Positions 17,464 to 29,252 of a stretch of DNA of 64,000 nt are shown one piece after another. Made by a program: the position numbers and the translations under genes. The DNA comes from an uncultured Chloroflexia bacterium (GTDB taxonomy: Bacteria > Chloroflexota > Anaerolineae > CG2-30-64-16). Under the pieces are notes generated by a model, which searched no databases, had not been told where the DNA came from, and saw only the letters and a list, made by a program, of their open reading frames with translations. The DNA lies in contig CAWDBO010000037.1 of NCBI GenBank assembly GCA_963800615.1, positions 1,152 through 65,151 on the forward strand, read 5' to 3'. How positions within the stretch are numbered: position 1 is the first letter of the stretch; each line of letters opens with the position of its first letter.

Positions 17464-19891
17464 ATGGACACCGTCCCCCCCCCTACCCACAGCCATGATG
17501 ATATCCTTGCCGGCCTGAACCCCGCTCAGCGGGAGGCGGTCACGACAGTCAAAGGCCCGGTGCTCGTTTTGGCCGGGCCTGGTTCCGGAAAGACACGGGT
17601 GCTCGCCCACCGCGTCGCATATCTGCTGCGCGTGGTCGGCGCCCACCCACGTGCGGTCATGGCAGTGACCTTCACCAACAAGGCCGCGGGCGAGATGCGC
17701 GAGCGCATCAACCGGCTGCTGGGCGAGGCGGTGCCGGTCAGCTCCGGATGGAAAGGGCTCACCATCGGCACCTTCCACTCCATCTGCGCGCGCATCCTCC
17801 GCGCTGAGGCGGACCCGGCTGGGCTGAACCCCAACTACGTGATCTATGATGACGGCGAGCAGCTGTCGGCCGTCCGCATTGCGCTCAAAGACCTCCGCAT
17901 CGACGAGAAGATGTACCGGCCCGAGGCGATGCGCTCCGCCATTTCGAAGGCCAAGAACGAGCTGATCAAGCCCGACGCGTTCACTGCGACGACCTATTAC
18001 GAAGAAATCGCCCAGCGGGTGTACACCCGCTATGAGGAAATCCTCAAGGCCAACGGCGCGCTCGACTTCGACGACCTCTTGTGCCGCACGACCTGGCTGT
18101 TCAAGGATCATCCGGAAGTCCTCGCGCGCTACCAGGACCGGTACGAGTACCTGCTCGTGGACGAATTCCAGGACACGAACTCGGCGCAGTACGAGATGGT
18201 GTGCATGCTGGCCGCAAAATTGCACAATATATTCTGCGTGGGAGACGAGGACCAGTCGATCTACGGCTTCCGCGGGGCGGACTACCGCAACGTCCTTCGT
18301 TTCCGTGAGGACTTCCCCGAAGCCAAGGTGGTCCTCCTCGAGCAAAATTACCGCTCGACGCAGAGCATCCTCGATGCGGCCAACACGGTCATCGCGCGGA
18401 ACATCAAGCGGACCCCCAAGCACTTGCGGACGGATCGCGGCCAGGGCGCGCAGGTTATCATGCACGAGGCGTATGACGAGTCGGACGAGGCCCAGTTCGT
18501 CGTCAACACGATCCAGCGCCTTGCCGGTTCAGGCGAAATCCGCTTGAGCGACGTCGCGGTCATGTATCGCACCAACGCCCAGTCCCGCTCGCTGGAAGAT
18601 GCGTTCGTCGCCCGCGGCGTCCCTTATCGTCTGGTTGGCGGCACCCGGTTCTATCAGCGTAAGGAGATCAAGGACGCGCTGGCATATCTCCGCCTTGTCC
18701 ACAATCCCTCCGATAATGTCAGCCTGATGCGGGTCATCAACGTCCCGCCCCGCTCGATCGGCGACAAGACCATCTCCTCGCTCGCGAGCTTCAGCGCCGA
18801 GCAGGGGGTGTCGATGGTAGGCGGCCTGGCTGCTTGTAGCCGGCGATCTCGCCAGCCCCGTCCTGGCAGGATACCCGGGAGCCGAGGATGGAAAGCCGCC
18901 GCAGCACCCGTTCGGCGCCGCTGCACACCGCGCGCTCGTGGCGTTCTACCGCCTGCTCAAAGGTTGGCTCGACGTCAAGGACGGGTTGACGGTCAGCCAG
19001 TTGCTCGACAAGATCACCGAGCAGTCCGGCTACGCGACCTGGCTTCGGGACGGCACCGAAGAGGGCGAGGATCGTTGGGAGAACCTGCAGGAATTGTCCT
19101 CGGTCGCGGCGCATTACGACGACTTCCCGCCCGATCTGCGCCTGACCGCCTTTCTTGAGGAGGTTGCGCTGGTCTCCGACCAGGACGAGCTTGCGGAACA
19201 GGACGAGCGGGTGACGCTCCTGACGGTGCACACGGCAAAGGGGCTCGAGTTCAAGGTCGTCTTCCTGGTTGGCCTGGAGGAAAATATCTTCCCCCACAGC
19301 CGCAGCATGGAAGACCCCGACCAGATGGAAGAAGAGCGCCGGCTGATGTACGTCGGCCTGACGCGCGCAAAGGACCGCCTCTACCTGCTCCGTGCGTTCC
19401 GCCGGATGCTTTACGGCCGCAGTGAGATCAACGAGCCTTCGCGCTTCCTCCGGGACGTGGCCGCGGCGCAGGGAACCTCGATCGGGATGAGTCCCGTGCG
19501 TGGGGTCGGCGCCCGCTCCGGCGGCTGGGGCTACGACGCCCGGGACCGCCGCCGGGACGATGACGACGACAGCTGGGGCGGCGCCAGCCGCCGCACACGC
19601 CCCGACGATCGCTCATCTCTCTATGGCGGGAAGGGCGGCAGCCGAGGCGGCCCGTCCGCGATGCCCGGCAAGCACGTCGAACCGCCGCAAAAACCAAAAC
19701 CGGCTGAGCGCCCCTCGCGCCCCGCCCAGTTCAAGCCGGGCGACCGGGTGGATCACGGCCTGTTCGGCCAGGGGATCGTGCTGAAGTCAGAACTCACCGC
19801 GGATGACGAGGAAGTGACGGTGGCGTTCGCCGGTAAGGGGACGAAGACGCTGCTGGCGGGGTTTGCTAAGCTGCACAAGATCGGCAAGTAA
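17464..19891 (+). CDS. pcrA: ATP-dependent DNA helicase PcrA/UvrD, frameshift(s) around 18810-18940
   Basis: LNPAQREAV and AGPGSGKTRVL (Walker A), DEFQDTN, YRST, VHTAKGLEF, and the C-terminal Tudor-like GDRVDHGLFGQGIV. ORFs 17464..19158 and 18938..19891 overlap in different frames. Confidence 0.9.
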
Positions 19892-20913
19892 ATGAAACGG
19901 CATTCCATTGCTGGCATCCTCTCGGCCGGCTTCTTCGCTGCGTTCATGCTGATCGGGCTGTTCTTTTTCGCCGGGACGGCGGCGGCCACTCGGGTAGCCC
20001 CCGCAGCCGCACCGCCGACGCCGATGGCTGCTGTGCAGCAGTGGGTGTGGCCCGAGCCGGGTTTCGGTGGCTGGCCTGCCATCACGCTGACGCAAGGCAT
20101 CGACCGCTATTCCTACTACCACTGGTGGCCCACCTGCGATGCTCCGGCCCGTCACCAGGTCCCCATGATCGAGGGCAGAACGAGCTTCTACACGAACACC
20201 AATCTCCTGAAGCAGCTCTTCGACGGCCCCTGCAACGATGGCCGGCCCCTGCTCTTCCTCAACGAGCCGGCGCGGCCCGAACAGGCGAACATCACCCCGG
20301 TTGAGGCCGCGCACATGTTTTACACGATGACACGCGCGCCGCGACCTGGCCCTACGCCCGATGGCGCGGCCCGATCTATGCGGGGAACAACCTGGCCGAG
20401 GATCAGCAGTGGGATAAGGAGTTTGTGCGGCAGTTCGCCCGGCTCTACAACCGCGGCAGTCTGAAGATCCCCGAGATTGCCGGCTGGGGCATTCACCTAT
20501 ACGGCAACTACCAGTACGGCCCGAAAGCCGGCGATCCGAACGCGGCCTGGACGCACGATATCCCCGAAAAGGACACTCGTGCCGTGGTGTATCGCAGCAT
20601 GTACCAGGCCGACCGGTATATTGCGGAGCGCAGGCTGGAAGGAAATGCCGCTTCGCTCGTCGTGACCGAGTTCGGCTTGCTGCAAGCCTCCGGATGGCAC
20701 ACCCCGCCCGCCCTTTACTACTCGACCACTGCACGCTTCATGCAGGAGTATGTGCGGGTCTTCGACCGCCGGCCGGAAATTCTGGCGTGGTTTTCGTTTA
20801 TTAGTGCCAGCCCAAAGAAGGAATTGCTCGACGCTAATTTGATGGTCGATGCTCGGGGCAAGTTGACGCCAAACGGGCTGACGTGGCGCGAGCTGGCGCG
20901 GGCCCGCCAGTAG
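19892..20913 (+). CDS. secreted glycosyl-hydrolase-catalytic-core-like protein (Glyco_hydro_cc type), one frameshift near 20335
   Basis: N-terminal TM/signal segment. LFLNEPARPEQANITPVEAAHMFY continues in another frame as WPYARWRGPIYAGNNLAEDQQWDKEFVRQF..., then LVVTEFGLL. The ATG abuts the pcrA stop (TAAATG). Confidence 0.5.
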
Positions 20914-20937
20914 ACCAGGTAGCAACCCATCTCAAGG

Positions 20938-20977
20938 CAAAAAGACAGGCCGGCGCCCCCCGGCCGGCCTGTCTTCC
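20938..20977. terminator. bidirectional intrinsic terminator between convergent genes
   Basis: caaaaa-GACAGGCCGG-cgccccccgg-CCGGCCTGTC-tt. Confidence 0.7.
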
Positions 20978-20999
20978 ATGCTTCCGTCTGGTCATGCGG

Positions 21000-22025
21000 T
21001 CAGTCGTTCGGCCACTTGTCGTCGTCGTTGATGCTCGGCCCCCTGTCGGGGATATCGTCCCAGCGGGAGGCGTCGACTGATGTCAGTTTGTCGGCCGCGA
21101 TCGCGTTGATGATCGCCCCGGTAGCTACGAGCATCTGCTGCACAATGTAGCCGCGGCTGCGGTTTCCGATGCCGCCCCGGTTCTCGAAGAACATCGCCGC
21201 GGTCTTCCACCCGGCGTCCTCTCCACGTGGACCTTTGCTGCCGAGCATCATGGTCGAAACAACTGCTGTCGGGATGTTGATGAGCGGATAGCGCGACGGA
21301 TTTACATATCCGAGCCTGTCGACGGCATCGAAGCCAACAACTGCCATCTCTCTGTTGGTATCCCATACCCACGGATCCAGGTATTGCGGCCACATTGGGA
21401 TGCCGATCGAGAAAGTGGTCATCTTGTTGCTGTCTTCGACAAAGTACGTGCCTTGATGGTGTAGATCGATCGCATAGTGCGGCTTGAACGCGGCCCAGGC
21501 GTAGTAAAACGCCTTCGATTCGGGTTCCGAATACGACGGGTACCAGTTCCGATTCAGGTCGACGCCTTTGGCATTGCCCCTCCAGAAATGCGCTGCGCCG
21601 TCCGGGTTGTACATGGGGATGATCCAGAAGCTCATCCGCTCCAATAGAGTACGGTCGCTGCTTAGAAGTCCCTTGATGACCGCGAGGCAGACGTCGTTGC
21701 CCAACGGTTCGTTACCATGGATACGGCCTTGCAGCCACATGCGCTTTGGGCCGTTTCCCAATTTGGCAATATACAGCGGGCGGTTTTCCCGGGTGTAGCC
21801 GGCGATATCAAGCTTCATGGCGCCGTTGCTGCGCGCTTCCAGCAGCTTCAGCTCCGCCTCCACCTGCTCGAAGGTCATGAGCGCCGAGCCGTTGTTATTC
21901 GAATTCGGGGGCACGAATGGTCCGCCGGGCTTAATGGGGGCTGAGCTCTGTGCTAGAGCCGGCAACGCCGAAGCAAGAAGCATGACTAACACCAGGGTGA
22001 GTACGAGCCAACGCCTGTTCTTCAT
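21000..22025 (-). CDS. secreted M14-family zinc carboxypeptidase
   Basis: Intact 341 aa. Signal peptide LVLTLVLVMLLASALPALAQ, HGNEPLG zinc motif, VDLNRNW, AIDLHHQG. GC content is visibly lower than the flanks. Confidence 0.8.
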   Translation of the reverse strand: MKNRRWLVLTLVLVMLLASALPALAQSSAPIKPGGPFVPPNSNNNGSALMTFEQVEAELKLLEARSNGAMKLDIAGYTRENRPLYIAKLGNGPKRMWLQGRIHGNEPLGNDVCLAVIKGLLSSDRTLLERMSFWIIPMYNPDGAAHFWRGNAKGVDLNRNWYPSYSEPESKAFYYAWAAFKPHYAIDLHHQGTYFVEDSNKMTTFSIGIPMWPQYLDPWVWDTNREMAVVGFDAVDRLGYVNPSRYPLINIPTAVVSTMMLGSKGPRGEDAGWKTAAMFFENRGGIGNRSRGYIVQQMLVATGAIINAIAADKLTSVDASRWDDIPDRGPSINDDDKWPND

Positions 22026-22153
22026 GGTGTTCCTCCTGTTGGGGTGGGTGAGGGGGCCGGGTTGGGCGTGCTGTCCAGAACTCCACGAAAGCGTTCGTAT
22101 TGTAGCTGAGAAGAGTTCCGGAGCGCAAATTTAAATTTCGAGGGTAGGCCCAG

Positions 22154-22717
22154 TCAAGTAATTTTAATTGGTGAACTGTCAGGAAGAGCCTTCAGGTCGA
22201 CCAGGTAGCGCTCCACCAACCCGAGCACCGCCTCCGCCGACAGCGCCTTGTTCGCAAGCCGGTCTCCGTTCCAAACGTGCCGCTCACCCCACTCGGCGTC
22301 TTTCGCCGACAGGTGGATGTAGACGAGGCCCACGGGCTTGCCCGGCGTCGCTCCAGTCGGCCCCGCAATGCCCGTGACCGACGCCGCGATATCCGCGCCA
22401 TAGGCGCGGCGCGCGCCCCGGGCCATCTCGGCCGCCGTCTCCGCGCTCACCGCCCCATGCGCGGCCAACGTCTCCTCGCGCACCCCGACGATGCCCTGCT
22501 TGGCGCTGTTGGCGTAGGTCACCGCACTGCCAAGGAAGTAGGCCGAGCTGCCGGAGATGTCGGTGATGAGGTCCGCGATCAACCCCCCCGTACATGACTC
22601 CGCAAACGCAAGCGTCAGCCCCGACTCTACGAGGCGCTCGTGAACCTGCAGCGCGAGTGCATTCGGGCGTTCCGTCAAGCGCCGGGTGCTTCCACCCGTT
22701 TCGTCTCCGGTCATCAT
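22154..22717 (-). CDS. pncC: nicotinamide-nucleotide amidohydrolase (CinA C-terminal domain)
   Basis: TLAFAESCTGGL, YFLGSAVTYAN, GAVS, and SVTGIAGPTGATPGKPVGLVY. The start ATGATG overlaps the stop of the histidine kinase. Confidence 0.85.
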   Translation of the reverse strand: MMTGDETGGSTRRLTERPNALALQVHERLVESGLTLAFAESCTGGLIADLITDISGSSAYFLGSAVTYANSAKQGIVGVREETLAAHGAVSAETAAEMARGARRAYGADIAASVTGIAGPTGATPGKPVGLVYIHLSAKDAEWGERHVWNGDRLANKALSAEAVLGLVERYLVDLKALPDSSPIKIT

Positions 22718-24136
22718 GCACCCTCCCCATCGGCTTCGTCGACCCGCGGCTCGGGTAGATAGAGCGTGAAGATTGTCCCCTGCCCGACCTCGCTTTCGAC
22801 CTCCAACTCGCCGCCGTGCGCCTCCGCCACCCATTTGGCGATCGACAGGCCCAGGCCCGCGCCGCCCGGACGCGTGCGGCTCCGATCGGCCCGGTAGAAA
22901 CGCTCGAAGATGTGCGGCAGGTCTTCCGGGGGGATCCCGCACCCCGTGTCCGACACCGTGACCTGCACCCAACCCGCCTGGCGCTTGAGCGTCAGCGTAA
23001 CATCGCCGCCCGACGGCGTGTACTTGATCGCGTTGTCGACCAGGTTGAGCAGCAGCTGGCGGAGTCGGTCCCCGTCGCCCATCACCACGGCCTGGTCCTC
23101 CGCGCCCAGCCGGACGCGCACCCCGGTTCCCTGGCTGATCACCTGGCCCTGCCGGTACACGTCGAGCAGCAGGGTGTCCAGCTCGACGGGTTGTAGCTGC
23201 AGCTGCAGCCCGGCGTCTGCCTGGGCCAGCAGCAGCAGGTCGTTGATCAGCCGGCGCATCCGCACCGTTTCGTTGCCGATCGCCGCCAGCGCCTCGCCGC
23301 GCATGCCCGGATCGTCGGCCGCACCGCGGCGCAGCAAGTCCAGGTTGCCCTGGATGGTCGTCAGCGGCGTGCGCAGCTCGTGGCTCACGTCCGCCACCAG
23401 GCGCTGCTGGGTCTCGAATGACGCTTCGAGCCGCCCAAGCATGTCGTTGACCGTTGCAGTAAGTTGGCCTACTTCGTCGGTGGGCACGCCCGCGGGTATC
23501 CGCTGGCTCAGGTCACTCGTCCCTGTGATCCGCTGCGCGGTCTCGGTGATGATCTTGATCGGGTGCAGCGCGGCCCGCGCCAGGATGCTGCCGCCCACGG
23601 CCGCGAAGACCAGCGCCAGCACGCTCCCGAGCAGCAGCGCCCGCCGTGACGACGAGCAGCGCGTCCTCGATGTTCGACATCAGGCTCGCTACTTCGACGA
23701 TGCCGACAATCTGGTTGCCGATCGGGATGGGCAGGCTCGCGATGTGGAGGCGGATGTTCCCGGCCGGCAGCGTTACGAAGCGCGGGCGTCCTGGCTCCAG
23801 GTCCTGCAGGAGGTCTTGGGACTCGGGAAGCCGCTGCCCGCGCAGGTTCTCGGACAGCTGCACCGCCCGGCCGTCGAGCTGGACGATCTGCGTGTAATAC
23901 TGCGAGCCGAAGGTATCGATCGAGGGCAGCCGGACGCGCCCGGAGCGCATGACCGCGACGGGATCATTTTCCTGCTGAACGACCGAGATCACGTCTTCCG
24001 CCTGGGCCAGCAGGCGCTCTTGCAGGTTGACGATCAGGATCCGGCCGACGACGGAGTAGATCAGGATGCCGAGGAGAAGCAGGGTCAGCGCCAGCAGCCC
24101 CGTATACCACAGGGTCAGCCGGGTGCGTATCGTCAT
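22714..24136 (-). CDS. sensor histidine kinase (TM-sensor-TM-HAMP-HisKA-HATPase_c), frameshift near 23630
   Basis: H-box VADVSHELRTPL, N-box LVDNAIKYTP, G-boxes DTGCGIP and GLGLSI. The N-terminal sensor part lies in ORF 23513..24136. Confidence 0.85.
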
Positions 24137-24137
24137 G

Positions 24138-24824
24138 TCACTCTTCTCTTAAGGCGTAACCCACGCCCCGCACCGTCTGGATCAGGCGCGGCTCGCCGCC
24201 TTCCTCCAGCTTTGATCGGAGGTAACGGATGTAGACTTCGATGATGTTGGACTCACCGCCAAAGTCGTACCCCCAGATCCGGTCGTAGAGCGTGTCACGC
24301 GTGATCACCTGCCGCGGGTGCTGCAGGAACAGGTTGAGCAGCTCGAACTCCCGGGCGGTCAGGTCGACCCGCCGGGTCCCGCGGTGTACCTCGTGCGTCA
24401 CCGCGTTCAGTGTCAGGTCGGCAAAACGCAGCACCTCTTCGGCCGTAGCCGGCTGCCGCCTGCGCAGCAGCGCCCGGATGCGTGCGAGCAGCTCGTCGAA
24501 CGCAAACGGCTTCACCACGTAGTCGTCCGCGCCCACGTCCAGCCCCTTCACCCGGTCAGGCACCGCATCTTTCGCGGTCAGGATGAGGATCGGCACGTCG
24601 CTGCCGGCCCGCAGCCGCTCGCAGACCGTCAGGCCGTCCATCCCGGGCAGCATCAGGTCCAGCAGCACGAGGTCCGGCTGGCGGTCGCGGGCCGCGGTCA
24701 GTCCCTCCGGCCCGTCGCCTGCAACCTTGACCGAGTACCCTTCGTAGATTAAGCCGCGGCGCAGCAGGTCCGCGATCTGCGGATCGTCCTCGATGACCAG
24801 GATGTGTTCTGCCATATTCGCCAA
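24138..24824 (-). CDS. OmpR-family response regulator
   Basis: Receiver domain ([22 protein letters not shown]) plus winged-helix domain ([15 protein letters not shown]). Confidence 0.9.
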   Translation of the reverse strand: MANMAEHILVIEDDPQIADLLRRGLIYEGYSVKVAGDGPEGLTAARDRQPDLVLLDLMLPGMDGLTVCERLRAGSDVPILILTAKDAVPDRVKGLDVGADDYVVKPFAFDELLARIRALLRRRQPATAEEVLRFADLTLNAVTHEVHRGTRRVDLTAREFELLNLFLQHPRQVITRDTLYDRIWGYDFGGESNIIEVYIRYLRSKLEEGGEPRLIQTVRGVGYALREE

Positions 24825-24913
24825 TCTTCGTAAGAACCATGACGGGTTGCGCGCACGATATCTGGCATGATTCTACACGTCCTGTGCGCCCTGGGCAAGC
24901 GTGCAAGGGAACG

Positions 24914-25008
24914 CAACCACCAAGATACCAGGAACCGAAGGTTCACAAAGACGATCTCGTTCTGTCTCCAACTTCGTGAGCCTTTGGTTCTTCGTGACTT
25001 GGTGGTGA
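24914..25008. repeat. word-hairpin repeat (family P3) in divergent promoter region
   Basis: caccaagataccaggaaccgaaggttcacaaag...cttcgtgagcctttggttcttcgtgacttggtggtg. Confidence 0.6.
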
Positions 25009-25091
25009 GCGTCTCTCGTCCGCCATTGTCACGAGCAGACATAAGAGTTATAATTCCGCTCGGTTTCATTCAAGAGGAGTCAATCTATCGC

Positions 25092-26072
25092 ATGGATAAC
25101 ACGCAAGCCACCGCTAACCTTCAGGTGATCAATTCCCTCGCGGAACGCGTGGTTCAGAACGTCGAGAGGGTCATCCTCGGCAAGCGCCGGGAAGTGGAGC
25201 TGACCCTCATCGCCCTCCTGTGTGAGGGGCACCTGCTGATCGAGGACGTGCCCGGCGTCGGCAAGACGATGCTCGCGCGCGCCATCGCCAAGTCCATCGG
25301 CTGCTCGTTCCGCCGCATCCAGTTCACGCCGGACATGCTCCCTAGCGACGTGACGGGCGTGTCAATCTTCAACCAGCGCGACCGCGAGTTCGAGTTCCGC
25401 CCCGGCCCCATCATGGCCCAGATCGTTCTCGCCGACGAGATCAACCGGGCCACGCCGAAAACCCAGTCCGCGCTGCTCGAGGCCATGGAAGAGCGCCAGG
25501 TCAGCGTGGACGGGCGAACGTATCCCATGGAGCGGCCGTTCCTCGTCCTTGCCACCCAGAACCCGATCGAATACGAAGGGACCTTTCCCCTTCCCGAGGC
25601 GCAGATCGACCGCTTCATGATGCGGGTGAGCCTCGGCTATCCCTCGCCGGCCGACGAGATGCGCGTGCTGGAGTCGCAAAAGGAGCATCACCCGCTGCAG
25701 GACCTGAGCCAGGTCGTGTCGGCCCAGGAGTTGATGCATGCCCAGGCCGAGGCGCGCCAGATCTACGCCGACGACCTGATCAAGGAGTACATCGTCGAGC
25801 TGGCGAACGCCACCCGGCGCCACCCGGACATCTATCTCGGCGTCAGTCCCCGCGGGAGCCTCGCGCTGTTCCGCGCCGCGCGCGCCTACGCCGCCTTGCA
25901 GGACCGCACCTACGTCATTCCCGACGACGTCAAGGCGCTGCTCGAGGCCACCTTCGCCCACCGCCTGATCATCAGCCCATCCGCTCGCATCAAGAACGTC
26001 GAAGCCCGCGCGGTCGTGGAGCAGATCGCCCAATCGGTGCCCGTGCCCGGCACGCGCATCCACGCGCGCTAG
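25092..26072 (+). CDS. MoxR-family AAA+ ATPase
   Basis: Start at MDNTQAT with a GAGGAG RBS. Walker A GVPGVGKT, Walker B LADEINR, sensor [11 protein letters not shown]. Confidence 0.9.
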   Translation: MDNTQATANLQVINSLAERVVQNVERVILGKRREVELTLIALLCEGHLLIEDVPGVGKTMLARAIAKSIGCSFRRIQFTPDMLPSDVTGVSIFNQRDREFEFRPGPIMAQIVLADEINRATPKTQSALLEAMEERQVSVDGRTYPMERPFLVLATQNPIEYEGTFPLPEAQIDRFMMRVSLGYPSPADEMRVLESQKEHHPLQDLSQVVSAQELMHAQAEARQIYADDLIKEYIVELANATRRHPDIYLGVSPRGSLALFRAARAYAALQDRTYVIPDDVKALLEATFAHRLIISPSARIKNVEARAVVEQIAQSVPVPGTRIHAR

Positions 26073-26108
26073 CGCCGGCCGCCGCCGGCGCGGGAAGGGA
26101 GTCACTCG

Positions 26109-27408
26109 TTGCGACGTTCATGGGCGATATTCCTGCTGTGGATCGTGACCGCGATCTTCGCGTTCGCATCCGGGCGGGCGCTTGCCTTCAACCTCTGGTA
26201 TCTCGTCACCGGCGTCATCCTGGTCTCGCTCGCCTGGGCCTGGCTCAATCAGCGCGGCCTGAGCCTGCGCCGCGCGACCCGCACGCACCGGACGCAGGTC
26301 GGCAAGTATTTCGAGGAAACGCTCGAGCTCGCCAACCGCTCCGCCTGGCCGAAGCTGTGGGTCGAAGTGCACGACTTTTCCGACTTGCCCGGCCACCAGG
26401 TGAGCCGGGTCGTCAATTCGCTCGGCCGGGGCGCCACCTCCCGCTGGCAGGTGCGGACGCTCGCCCGCCGCCGCGGGCGCTTCACCCTGGGCCCGATCAC
26501 CCTGAGCAGCGGCGACCCGATCGGCATCTTCCGCTTCACCCGCGAGGTTTCCGACACAAGCTCGCTGGTCGTGACGCCGCCCACCTTCGATCTTCCGGGC
26601 TTCAGCCCGCCCACCGGTTATCTTCCCGGTGGCGAGTCCGTGCACCGGCGCACGCCCTACGTCACCTCGAGCGTTTCGGGTATCCGGGATTACGTCCCCG
26701 GCGACAGCATCAACCGCATTCATTGGCCGTCCACCGCGCGCACCGGCCGCCTGATTTCCAAGGAGTTCGAGCTCGATCCGTTAGCCGACGTGTGGATGTT
26801 CCTCGATATGTACGAGGACGCGCACGCGGAAGCGCCGTGGAACGAGGTCGACGACGACGTCGTGATGCCCTGGCTGACGCGTAAAGCCGAGCATATCGAG
26901 CTGCCGCCAAGCACGGTGGAATACAGCGTCACCATCGCAGCCTCGCTCGCGCAGCATTTCCTGCAGTCCGATCGCGAGGTGGGCTTTCTCAGTTACGCCG
27001 AAACCCGTGAGGTGGTGCAGCCCGACCGCGGCGAGCGCCAGCTTACCCGGCTTACCGAGATCCTGGCAGTCATCCAGGCCCGCGGGCGCCTGCCTATCGC
27101 CGAGGCGTTGGCGACCGACGGCGCCACGCTCGCCGCGCCACACCACGTTGATCGTCATCACGCCATCGACCGACAGCCGCTGGGTGACTGTGCTGCGCGG
27201 CCTCCGTTCCCGTGGGGTGCATGGCGTCGCCATTTTGCTGGCCGGCCGCACGTTCGGCCCCGCGCCCGAATGGGCGCCGACGCTGGCCGATCTCCAGGCG
27301 AGCGGCATCGCCGCATATATCGTCAAGAACGGCGACGATTTGACCGAAGCTCTGAGCCGCCTTGCCAGCGGTGTCGGCCCCCGAGCCATCCCGATTCGCC
27401 GAGCGTGA
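26109..27408 (+). CDS. DUF58 domain protein (MoxR partner), frameshift near 27135
   Basis: Two N-terminal TM helices, IRDYVPGDSINRIHWPSTARTGRLISKEFE (DUF58 core). The tail HTTLIVITPSTD...AAYIVKNGDD is in a second frame. Confidence 0.8.
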
Positions 27409-29252
27409 CAGTGCGAATACTGCGCCCCCTCTTGATCCTGGCGCTTGCGTTCGGATCACTTACCCTGCCTTCGTCTGCCGCCCCATCGGCACGCGCCGAG
27501 AACCTCAACTCGTCGCGTGGGACGCGCCGCACGCGGCCGGCCAGTTGCTCGTGAAACTCGGGCCCGGCGGCCGCTCACGCCTCGAGGCCAGCGGCGCAGC
27601 GGTTCTGCATGAGATCCCGGCCCTCGGCCTGGCGCTCGTCGAGGTTCCCGCAAGCGAAAGTCTCGCCCAGGCCGCCGCCCAACTGGACGCTGAGCGCCGG
27701 CATCGAGTGGGCAGAGCCGAACTACACCATCAGCCTCGATTTCGTCCCCGACGATCCCATGTACCGCGCGCACAGGTCCCTTATCTCTCGCGCCTCGCGA
27801 CTGAAACCGCCTGGGATTACACTCTGGGCCGGCCCGACACGGTCATTGCCGTCTTGGATACCGGCGTCGAAATGTGGCACGAGGATCTGGCCGGCGGGAT
27901 CTGGACCAATCCCGGCGAAATCGCGGACAACGGCGTCGACGACGATCGCAACGGTTTCGTCGACGATGTTCACGGCTGGGACTTTGCGGACGACGACAAC
28001 ACGCCCGACGACGACTACGGGCACGGCACGCACGTAGCAGGCATCGCCGCGGCGCGCATTGGCAACGGCAAGGGCATCGCCGGGATGGCCGGCCGCGCGC
28101 AGATCATGCCGGTGGACGTGTTCACCTACGGCGTGGGCACCTACGACGCCCTGATCCGCGCGATCGTCTACGCCGCCGATAACGGCGCACGCGTGATCAA
28201 CATGAGCCTGGGCGCCACCAGTTACAGCCGGGGCGAGGAGGCTGCGGTCGACTACGCCTACGAACGGGGTGTGGTGCTCGTGGCCGCGGCGGGCAACACC
28301 GGTCTCGAGGAACTGCACTATCCCGCGGCTCACAATCATGTGATCGCCGTCGCGTCGACCACCGCGAGCGACGCCCGCTCCTCCTTTTCTACGATGGGCG
28401 ATTGGGTGGACGCGGCCGCGCCCGGCTCGTCGATCTATTCCACCTACCGCGGCAACTCGTACGCCTACATGAGCGGCACCAGCATGGCGACCCCGCACGT
28501 CTCCGGCCTGGCCGCGTTGATCCTCGGCCTCGATCCCAAGCTTTCGCCCGACGCGGTGCGGGGGATCATCGAGGGCACGGCGGACGACCTGGGACCGGCC
28601 GGCCGCGACATCTACTACGGCGCGGGGCGTATCAACGCGGGACGGGCTCTCTCGCGTCACGCCGAACGCGCCGCTCGACATCGATCTCCAGGGATGCACT
28701 GATCTGCTTAGCAACGGTAGTTTTGAGGCTGGCCTGGAGGGTTGGCAGGTTTCAGGCGCGGCGGAGGTTGTTGCGGACCTGGCGAGCAAGGGCGGTCGCT
28801 CGCTGCACTTCGCCGGGGGTCCTGACACGGGGGGAACTGCCGCGCAGGCGATCAACGTCGATCCGAAAGGCGGTCGCAGGAGTGCTTAAGTTCGACTACC
28901 GCATCGCTCCTACGGACTACGGCCACGGTGCGTCGCCAACCTGGCCCTTTGACGATTGGTTCACCGCCGAGTGGCATGGGCCTGGCGGGGCGTACTGTTG
29001 GAGCGGCTTCTCCTGACGGGGAACACCGCGGACACCGTGAGCTCCGGCCTGCCGTGGGACCGCTACCTGTACCGCCTCGGCGCCGCCGACCTTGCCCGGC
29101 TCGCCGCGGCCGGCCCGGTGAGCCTCGTCTTCACGTCGCAGAATGACTCAGACGACCAACCCACCCAGGTCTGGCTGGACGCCGTCAGTTTTTGCACCGT
29201 AAACACGCTGCTGCCGCACCGTGCATACTTCCCGTTCGTGAGCGCGCCCTAA
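27405..29252 (+). CDS. secreted subtilisin-like S8 serine peptidase with C-terminal extension, at least 5 frameshifts
   Basis: Signal peptide VRILRPLLILALAFGSLTLPSSA; catalytic motifs VLDTGV, HGTHVAG, SGTSMATPHV. The extension (LLSNGSFEAGLEGWQVSG..., ...VWLDAVSFC) is spread over further frames. The GTGA start overlaps the DUF58 stop. Confidence 0.75.

Noticed and set aside
92-18465. Long antisense or shadow ORFs, e.g. 92..1123(-), 5503..6474(+), 6583..7902(+), 9810..11987(+), 14797..16512(-), 17332..18465(-). The same applies later to 31347..33398(+), 37473..38297(-), 59907..60944(+) and 62377..63675(+).
   Set aside because: This is the typical stop-codon-poor opposite strand of high-GC genes. 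The composition is dominated by R/A/G/P/D/H, and each fully overlaps a gene with clear family motifs.
19480-19700. Arg/Asp/Gly-rich low-complexity insert in PcrA (GWGYDARDRRRDDDDDSWGG...GGKGGSRGG), considered as a novel domain.
   Set aside because: It lies in the naturally variable linker before the C-terminal Tudor-like domain. Low complexity alone is not evidence of a new function.
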